A stretch of DNA of 64,000 bases from positions 560 through 64,559 of the forward strand of contig CAZLYW010000001.1 in NCBI GenBank assembly GCA_964563915.1, written 5' to 3'. Position 1 is the first letter of the stretch; every line of letters starts with the position of its first letter. Positions 19,850-26,397 of this stretch are shown piece after piece. The notes below the pieces were generated by a model, which was not told where the DNA came from, ran no database searches, and saw only the letters and a program-made list of their open reading frames with translations. The DNA is from an uncultured Candidatus Peribacteria bacterium. GTDB lineage: Bacteria > Patescibacteriota > Gracilibacteria > Peribacterales > Peribacteraceae. The translations under genes were made by a program, and so were the position numbers.

Positions 19850-19877
19850 CATACTCACACGATAAACACGGTCAAAA
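19850..19877 (-). promoter_or_regulatory. recA promoter candidate TTGACC-16-TATGAT (minus strand)
   Basis: The reverse complement of 19872-19877 is TTGACC and that of 19850-19855 is TATGAT. It lies about 80 nt upstream of the recA ATG. Confidence 0.45.
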
Positions 19878-19908
19878 CTTTGATCTTGCCCATGATAAAA
19901 ATTTGGTA

Positions 19909-19954
19909 TGGTGTACATTCATACACCATTGGACGTTCCACGACCCCGTGGAAC
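19909..19954 (-). terminator. two tandem hairpins after the lipoprotein gene, the second followed by a U-rich tract
   Basis: The 20-nt palindrome GTTCCACGACCCCGTGGAAC lies at 19935-19954 and TGGTGTA-CATTCA-TACACCA at 19909-19928. On the minus strand these are followed by TACCAAATTTTTATC. Confidence 0.4.
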
Positions 19955-19958
19955 ACCG

Positions 19959-20873
19959 TCACTGTCCTCTGCGTGCGCACACCCCCGACTCGCTCACCGG
20001 ATCAGTTATTGTACAGAGAAGGCCTTTTGGGCAGAGAATTCCTGCCACCCCCCCACAGGCTGCGCCTTCGCCGCTTGCGCGCGAGGTTGATCCGGCGGAA
20101 GCAGGTGGCAGAGCGGAGAATGAAGCCTCCGTTCGGACAGAAGACGCGGTCGTACCCACGCTGAACTGCACCGTCTTCAGAATGGTGCGGTACGGCATCA
20201 GGTGCAATTCCACCGGCAACGGCGGAAACGTGAACACCGTCTCCGATCCCCCCGATGCGGAAGGGGCGATCCGCACGATCCAGAATCCCTCCGCATTGAT
20301 GTGCGCTTGAGCCTTCCGAAGCCCGACGACCAGGAGTTCTCCGTCCGCTGCGTCGGAACTCACCGGAAGCGGTCCATAGAGCGGTTGATCAGATCCGGGC
20401 GATGAAGCCGCGACGTTGCGCGTCGTGATGGTCAGGCTGGGGATGGAAGGCTTCGCCGCGGTGAACGTCGCAGACCCGCCCTTGATCGTGCCTTTCCAGC
20501 TTTTCGGGAGATTGACCGAAAGACCGAGCGCGGGAATCGCCCACGGACGCATCTGCTCGTCGCTGCCTTGGAGCACTTTCTGCACGACGAAGACCGGGGA
20601 ATCTTTGGGGCTGAGGTTCTTTTCGAGCACGCCTTCGAGCTGTACGTCTTGCCCCTCCAGTAAGCGTAAGTTCACCGCCGAACTCTCCGCGTACGCGATC
20701 AGCGTGCTGCCGGAGGCCGTCAAAAGCGCGTGCGTGCCGCGGCGTTGCAGGGAGAAGGGAACGGAGGTGAGGTACCCACTGACGGTCTGTATGCCCTCGG
20801 GGAGGGGGATTTCCTTCTCCGTACACCCCACGACGAGCATGACCAAGAACAGACAGATCGTGAGGCGTTTCAT
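19959..20873 (-). CDS. lipoprotein, function unknown
   Basis: Signal peptide with lipobox MKRLTICLFLVMLVVGC. Confidence 0.7.
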   Translation of the reverse strand: MKRLTICLFLVMLVVGCTEKEIPLPEGIQTVSGYLTSVPFSLQRRGTHALLTASGSTLIAYAESSAVNLRLLEGQDVQLEGVLEKNLSPKDSPVFVVQKVLQGSDEQMRPWAIPALGLSVNLPKSWKGTIKGGSATFTAAKPSIPSLTITTRNVAASSPGSDQPLYGPLPVSSDAADGELLVVGLRKAQAHINAEGFWIVRIAPSASGGSETVFTFPPLPVELHLMPYRTILKTVQFSVGTTASSVRTEASFSALPPASAGSTSRASGEGAACGGVAGILCPKGLLCTITDPVSESGVCARRGQ

Positions 20874-20922
20874 AGGCCAAGGGTAGCAGAGTTCCAGAGC
20901 CTTTTGCGGATTTCACCGTGAT

Positions 20923-20942
20923 GTTTCACGGGGTCGTGGAAC
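20923..20942. repeat. second copy of the 20-nt palindrome (GTTTCACGGGGTCGTGGAAC)
   Basis: 19/20 identical to 19935-19954. The two copies bracket the lipoprotein gene. Confidence 0.7.
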
Positions 20943-20979
20943 TGATTTCATCTCATCCTGAAGCCAAAAAAGACAAGGT

Positions 20980-21351
20980 ATGAAAAGAATCTTCTTGGCG
21001 AGGGATTTTCAGGAAAAACCGGACGGGCAGAGTACGATCATCTTCTCCAACTTCAGTATGACTCGCGAAGACCGCCGAAAAAGTGCACCGGACCTCACGA
21101 AGAAGCAGCTCGTGAAGATTCTGCGGAGTGAAATGGCCCTCCTCCGAGTGGACTTCAAAAGCACGTTCACGAATCTTTCCGATAGAGCGGATGAAACGGA
21201 TAGGCAGCTGAAGCAGATCAGGGGAGAATTGCACATTCTACAATCAGACGTTTCAGGACTCCGTCTACAATTGCACCAGAATCACACGTCGTTCATCACA
21301 GATCAGCAAGATCACGAACGGAGAATCAGTGTTCTGGAAACACATCTATGA
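20980..21351 (+). CDS. hypothetical coiled-coil protein
   Basis: 123-aa ORF in a visibly G+C-poor patch, with heptad-like Q/L/R-rich sequence. The real start may be the internal MTRED. Confidence 0.35.
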   Translation: MKRIFLARDFQEKPDGQSTIIFSNFSMTREDRRKSAPDLTKKQLVKILRSEMALLRVDFKSTFTNLSDRADETDRQLKQIRGELHILQSDVSGLRLQLHQNHTSFITDQQDHERRISVLETHL

Positions 21352-21556
21352 CGCGAGATGCTTTCAAGAATATTTCTGAGAAGACACTTATTTACATTCT
21401 TGAAATATCGCCGCTCTTCGCCGAGGCGCCAGAAAGTAATCAAGACGGAAGCAGAGGCATTACAGCAGAAGCTAATGCGACATGAACCACTACTCACACG
21501 TCTTGGAGTTCAGGCAATGTACACTGAACCTGTGCACCAACGAATATAGTGGACAT

Positions 21557-21834
21557 TCACTTGCCCAATATTTCTCGCATTTTCAGAAGCAAAACTTTCT
21601 TGCACTCTGTCGTGGAATTGTAGTCGAGCGAATGAGCTGGAGCCTTGTACGTATACATCTTATCAAATGCATCGAGAACTCGATTTCTATCTTCCTCAGA
21701 AAGTTCAGCCAGCTCTTCCTTCAAAAGCACATCTGCACTGTAACCCCCCTGGCAAAGTCTTCTGGGGATTTGCGAACGTACGTTACTACCTGATTGCCAA
21801 TTTCATCTGCACGAGGCTTTCGGGCAAGTGTCAT
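21557..21834 (-). pseudogene. small ORF interrupted by a frameshift at a C6/G6 homopolymer
   Basis: ATG at 21834 reads MTLARKPRADEIGNQVVTYVRKSPEDFARG and stops at 21721-21723. Shifting one base at the homopolymer 21744-21749 continues ...YSADVLLKEELAELSEEDRNRVLDAFDKMYTY...REILGK to a stop at 21557. The total length of 278 nt is not a multiple of 3. Confidence 0.3.
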
Positions 21835-21950
21835 TGCTTTCTTTTGAATCGTTACGCCATTCTGTCGTAGAAGTTCCTGAAGTCGTGAATTTTTTTGACA
21901 TCAACCAATGGATAGGATCGCGAAGTTTCCATTAAATAATGTCAATTCCC

Positions 21951-23060
21951 TCATGCCTTCTTCGCCCCATCGAACGCATAGACCGCGCGCCCCACGCGGA
22001 CGAAGTAGGGCATTTTCTGGAGGTTCAGGCTGATGGTGCCGACTTTGACGGTGCGCTGCTTGGCGACCTCGGCGATGATCTCCTTTTTACTGAGGGGACC
22101 CTTGTCCATGAGGATCCTCTCGATGACGTCGGCGACAGTGCCCGGCTCGTAGCCCCACTCCCTGAGGGCGTACAGGCCGCGGCCGACGAGGACGAACTGC
22201 GGGTAGCGGATGAGCTCGTTGTGGACGGCCTGGACAGTGACGTTCTTGTGATCGAAGCGCGCCTCACGGATGCGGTTGGCGATCTCCATGAAGTGCAGCG
22301 GCTCGCCCGATTTCTTGAGGACGATCTCGACTTTGTCGCGGATGGAACGGGGGCGGACGAAGCGCCACTCGGCAAGACCCCAGCCCTCGTCGATCTCCTT
22401 GAGCCGTTCGTCGATGCGCAAGCAGCTGCCGATGAGCTCTGCCGAGGGAACGCGGTCCTTGAAGAGGTTCAGCGCCTGGATCGCCGACACGATCTCCTCC
22501 TGCTTCATGCACGTCTTCCGCTTCTTGAGGATCTTGGCCATGCTCTCGACGAGCAGCGACACATCGTCGCCGGAAAGGGAGCTCAGGCGCCAGAGCGGCA
22601 CGAACGTCGGTGTGCGGGACTCGTTGCTCATGTCGGCATCGATAGAGAAGGAGAGACGGAGCACCGAACCGTCGACGGCCGTCGCTCCCTGGATGCGCTT
22701 CAGCACCTGCGACACGAGTTCATCCTCGCGCATCAGACCGCCGTGGAGGCGGAGGATGCCTTTTGACATCTCGTTGACTTCGTCGAGGCGCGTCGTGCGG
22801 ACTGTACGCTTGAGCTTGCTCAGCGCGATGCTCTCGATCTGGCGAATGCGTTCGCGCGTCACCTTGAACTGTTTACCGATCTTCTCCAGCGTCTGCTTGC
22901 CCTGCCCGAAGAGTGCGAAGCGCTTCTTGACGACCGTCACCTCTTTATCTGTGAGGACCATGAAGAGGTTCCCCAGCACGTCCTGAAGGTTCAGGCTGAG
23001 TGCCGGTCCGGAGAGCTGCATGGAGGAGGAAGAGGGAAGCGTGGCGGTCGGCATGGGCAA
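21951..23060 (-). CDS. sigma-70 region-4 HTH fused to two HARE-HTH-like winged-helix domains
   Basis: TLEKIGKQFKVTRERIRQIESIALSKLK is sigma region 4.2. The later segments LHFMEIANRI...VHNELIRYPQFVLVGRGLYALREW resemble the HARE-HTH of the RNAP delta subunit. Confidence 0.65.
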   Translation of the reverse strand: MPMPTATLPSSSSMQLSGPALSLNLQDVLGNLFMVLTDKEVTVVKKRFALFGQGKQTLEKIGKQFKVTRERIRQIESIALSKLKRTVRTTRLDEVNEMSKGILRLHGGLMREDELVSQVLKRIQGATAVDGSVLRLSFSIDADMSNESRTPTFVPLWRLSSLSGDDVSLLVESMAKILKKRKTCMKQEEIVSAIQALNLFKDRVPSAELIGSCLRIDERLKEIDEGWGLAEWRFVRPRSIRDKVEIVLKKSGEPLHFMEIANRIREARFDHKNVTVQAVHNELIRYPQFVLVGRGLYALREWGYEPGTVADVIERILMDKGPLSKKEIIAEVAKQRTVKVGTISLNLQKMPYFVRVGRAVYAFDGAKKA

Positions 23061-23323
23061 TCGGGGGAAATCAACCTTCGTTGTACCAGAACATTGACAG
23101 AAGCAAAAGTTCCGCGAGCGGTTTCGGTGGACAATTCACAACAGATATTCTGGGGCAGGAATGTGAAGGAACACTGACACGTTTCACCGATCCCTTGCCC
23201 GTGAGGACAGTCCTCCGACGGGTGTGAGACACATCCCTGTGACGGAAGCTGTGTCTCGGAGCGAATAACGAAGGAGATTTCAAGGAACCTGATAAGTTAA
23301 ATTAGATCTTTTAATCAAGTATG

Positions 23324-23713
23324 TCAATGGTCGAGTTTTAGGCTTAATAAAGCGCAGGCTGCAGTGGCGTCGCCATCGATTTTCCGCGTCGGAATGGCAT
23401 GTTTGTGTTGAGATGAGCGCGGGGAGGTGTGACGCTCGTCTCTGTACTCCACAGCAGCACCCGCTGAGGCGAGGAGCGTTCCCACCTTCCTGCTCTCCCG
23501 CGCCTGTTCTCCTTCCTCTCCCGATGGGAGGCGGGGGAGTCCGACGATCACCGTCTCGACCTTGCGGTGACGGATGATCTCCATGACCGCACTGACGAGT
23601 TCCTCCTCCGACATGTGGTGCACGGTATCCAAAGGAAGAGGAATGCCGATCGTGGTATCGAGGAAGGCTATGCCAGTGCGGCGAGTGCCGATGTCGAGGG
23701 CGAGGGTGCGCAT
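23324..23713 (-). CDS. ruvX: Holliday junction resolvase-like RuvX/YqgF
   Basis: MRTLALDIGTRRTGIAFLD N-terminus; about 130 aa. Confidence 0.85.
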   Translation of the reverse strand: MRTLALDIGTRRTGIAFLDTTIGIPLPLDTVHHMSEEELVSAVMEIIRHRKVETVIVGLPRLPSGEEGEQARESRKVGTLLASAGAAVEYRDERHTSPRSSQHKHAIPTRKIDGDATAACALLSLKLDH

Positions 23714-23722
23714 TGGGAACTA

Positions 23723-23983
23723 TCACTTCGATGCCACCATCTTCGCCAGGAGGGACTTCTTCCGGTCGGCATTATTCCGATGAATAATGTTCTTCTTCGC
23801 CGCAGTATCGATCGCCTTGTAGGCAGTCGGGAGCATCTTCCGCGCTTCGTCGATCTTCTTCTCCTTCACGAGATCGCCGAACGACCGCATCGCCGTCTTC
23901 ATCCGTGTGTTGAACGGCTGGCGGCGCGATCGTCGCTTGAGATTCTGGCGGGCGGCCTTTATCGCTGATGAAGTGATTGGCAT
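23723..23983 (-). CDS. rpsT: 30S ribosomal protein S20
   Basis: 86 aa from MPITSSAIKAARQNLKRR; basic and helical. The tracked 199-aa ORF was trimmed to this start. Confidence 0.9.
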   Translation of the reverse strand: MPITSSAIKAARQNLKRRSRRQPFNTRMKTAMRSFGDLVKEKKIDEARKMLPTAYKAIDTAAKKNIIHRNNADRKKSLLAKMVASK

Positions 23984-24027
23984 AGGGCCGGGGAAGACTA
24001 AGGGGGACAGTGGACGCTGTAAAGACC

Positions 24028-24156
24028 CAGTTGCGGGTTTCGGGCACGTAAAGCCGTGTGGAACGTAGAAGCGCAAACGCTGTACGTTCCGTGGCGGCAC
24101 GTGCCACTTTACGCGGTTACGGGTTTCGAGTACCCACAACTCGAAACTCGCAACTG
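24028..24156. repeat. 129-bp MITE-like imperfect palindrome with terminal inverted repeats CAGTTGCG(G/A)GTTTCG(G/A)G
   Basis: Left end is CAGTTGCGGGTTTCGGG and right end is CTCGAAACTCGCAACTG. Internal arms GGAACGTA...TACGTTCC and CGTAAAG...CTTTACG also pair. Confidence 0.75.
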
Positions 24157-24208
24157 CTGCGTTTTCGTAGAACTGGCACCAGACTCGTGAAGACGATACA
24201 CTTCCCCC

Positions 24209-26014
24209 ATGTGCGGAATATTCGGCTACGTCGGTGGAAGAACCGACGCGGGAGTGATTGCTATCGAGGGCCTCAAGAATCTCGAGTACCGCGGTTACGA
24301 CTCCTGGGGCATCGCATCCCAATGCAACGGCAAGCTCCTGGTCAAAAAGGACATCGGCCCGATCGGGGACATCAAGAGCGAGGATTTTTCTGGCACCTGC
24401 TCACTCTCGATCGCTCACACGCGCTGGGCGACGCATGGAGGAGTCACTCAACGTAACGCCCATCCGCACCTGAGCGAGGACGGCACGATTGCCGTCGTCC
24501 ATAACGGTATCGTCGAGAACTATCTTGAGTTGCGGAAGGACCTCAAAGCGAAGGGGCATACCTTCCAGTCCGAGACCGACACCGAAGTGATTCCCCACCT
24601 GATCGAAGAGGAACTGACGAAGACGGGAGACTTCACCGAAGCTGTTCGTTCGGCGTGCCTGCACTTCGACGGGCGGTACGCGATCCTGGCGCTGCACACG
24701 TGTTCGAATATGTTGGTTGCGGCAAGAACGGGATCACCGCTGATTATTGGCGTCGACCGTAGGGGTGGTTCGCGAACCACCCCTACGCCGGTCGACGGAT
24801 ATTTCATTGCATCCGACATCCCCGCCTTCATGAAGCACACGCGCATCGTCCAGTACCTCGATGACGGCGAAATGGTTGCGACGGACGGGAAGACGATCGT
24901 CTTCAGCGACATCAAGACGGGGGAGAGGCGACCCAAGCGCGAGATCGCGATCACCTATCACATCGAGCAGGCGCAGAAAGGGGATTACGAGCACTTCATG
25001 CTGAAGGAGATCATGGACCAGAAGGAGAGCGTGGCGCGGGCAGTCAATCAGGACGAGGGCGAAATCCGGACGATCGCCGAAGCGATCCGCCGCGCGAAGG
25101 GCACCTTCCTCGTCGGCTGCGGCACCGCGGCGAAGGCCTGCATGGCGGCGGAGTACTTCTTCTCTGTCATCGCGGAGCACCACGTGAACTTCGCGCCGGC
25201 GAGCGAGTTCAAACTGTTCCATCACTTCCTGAAGCCCGAAAGCCTCCTGATCGTCGTAAGCCAGAGCGGTGAGACGGCCGACGTGCTCGAGGCGATGCGC
25301 GTCGCGCGCGACAAGGGCGCGAAGGTGCTCGCGATCGTGAATGTGGAGGGTTCCACCATTGATCGCGAGGCGGATTACACGCTCCTCATCAACGCAGGAC
25401 CTGAACGGGCAGTCGCCTCCACCAAAGCGCTCACCGGACAGCTCGCCGTGCTCCTGCTGATCGCCTACGCGCTCACGGAGCGGTTGAAGGAAGGCAAGAC
25501 GCTGCTCCTCGAGAGCGCCTCCGCCATCAACGACATGCTCAACCCGCGGTTCGTGGAACGCCTCGAGACGCTCGCGGAGAAGATCCACGGCAACGACGAT
25601 CTCTACATCATCGGCAAGAGCTGGAACTACCCGATGGCCCTCGAGAGCGCAATCAAGATCCAGGAAGTGAGCTACGTCCACGCGGAGGGCTTCGCCGGAG
25701 GCGAGCTGAAACATGGGCCCATCGCGTTAATAGAGGAGGGGAGTCCCTGCATCGTCCTCACCGGCAACGATGAAGCGTTGCAGGATATCCTCAGTAACGC
25801 CCAGGAACTGAGAGCCCGTGGCGCGATGATCGTCGGCGTCGGTCCGAAGAAGTTTGAGGTCTTCGACGAGTGGATCAAAGTGCCGGAGGCGGGGACTGCG
25901 CAGGCTCTCCTCAACATCATCCCGATTCAGGTGCTGGCGTACTTTTTGGCGGTGAAGAGAGGGAAGAACCCTGATATGCCCCGGAACTTGGCGAAAAGTG
26001 TAACAGTGAAGTGA
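24209..26014 (+). CDS. glmS: glutamine-fructose-6-phosphate aminotransferase
   Basis: MCGIFGYVG N-terminal nucleophile, two SIS domains and C-terminal NLAKSVTVK. Contains an in-frame palindromic insert. Confidence 0.95.
   Translation: MCGIFGYVGGRTDAGVIAIEGLKNLEYRGYDSWGIASQCNGKLLVKKDIGPIGDIKSEDFSGTCSLSIAHTRWATHGGVTQRNAHPHLSEDGTIAVVHNGIVENYLELRKDLKAKGHTFQSETDTEVIPHLIEEELTKTGDFTEAVRSACLHFDGRYAILALHTCSNMLVAARTGSPLIIGVDRRGGSRTTPTPVDGYFIASDIPAFMKHTRIVQYLDDGEMVATDGKTIVFSDIKTGERRPKREIAITYHIEQAQKGDYEHFMLKEIMDQKESVARAVNQDEGEIRTIAEAIRRAKGTFLVGCGTAAKACMAAEYFFSVIAEHHVNFAPASEFKLFHHFLKPESLLIVVSQSGETADVLEAMRVARDKGAKVLAIVNVEGSTIDREADYTLLINAGPERAVASTKALTGQLAVLLLIAYALTERLKEGKTLLLESASAINDMLNPRFVERLETLAEKIHGNDDLYIIGKSWNYPMALESAIKIQEVSYVHAEGFAGGELKHGPIALIEEGSPCIVLTGNDEALQDILSNAQELRARGAMIVGVGPKKFEVFDEWIKVPEAGTAQALLNIIPIQVLAYFLAVKRGKNPDMPRNLAKSVTVK
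24752..24796. repeat. in-frame palindromic insert in glmS: GTCGAC + perfect 30-bp palindrome + CCG + GTCGAC
   Basis: cgtaggggtggttcgcgaaccacccctacg (24758-24787) equals its own reverse complement and is flanked by two GTCGAC copies. It encodes RRGGSRTTPTPVD. Confidence 0.9.
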
Positions 26015-26052
26015 TCTTGAATTTGTGCAATTTGTGCAATCTGCGATCCGGG

Positions 26053-26107
26053 GCATCCCGAGTAGCTCGTCCTGAGCCTGTCGAAGGGCGAGCGTATCGA
26101 GGGATGC
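26053..26107. repeat. family-A hairpin repeat (GCATCCCGAGTAGCTC...CCTGAGCCTGTCGAAGGG...GAGCGTATCGAGGGATGC)
   Basis: Outer arms GCATCCC/GGGATGC and inner arms GCTCG/CGAGC pair. It lies 39 nt after the glmS stop. Confidence 0.8.
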
Positions 26108-26397
26108 TGAGGAATCTTGCGAAATCTGTCACCGTGAAATAGATTTGGATTATGCAGATTGCTTTACTTGCGACGACAGGAGAGTACAATCCTCTCGTCA
26201 TTCCAGGATGAAGACTATGAGCAATGAGTTATTGAGTCGGTGGGAACCCGATCCCTTTCGGAAACGATCGATCATCGCAGACAATGTCGACCTACAACAA
26301 CTCATTCAGCACGACATGCGTGACATACAGTGGATGATTTTGGATAAGGTGAATCCTCCAGAGCGGAACGATGAATCTCTTAAAGCAGACGAACCCG

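Noticed and set aside
24157-24208. Possible glmS ribozyme upstream of glmS. The 10-mer agaactggca matches part of the P1 region as I remember it.
   Set aside because: Only about 35 nt remain between the match and the ATG, far too short for the roughly 170-nt ribozyme core. No other conserved core segments are visible. The rest of the spacer is taken up by the MITE-like palindrome.
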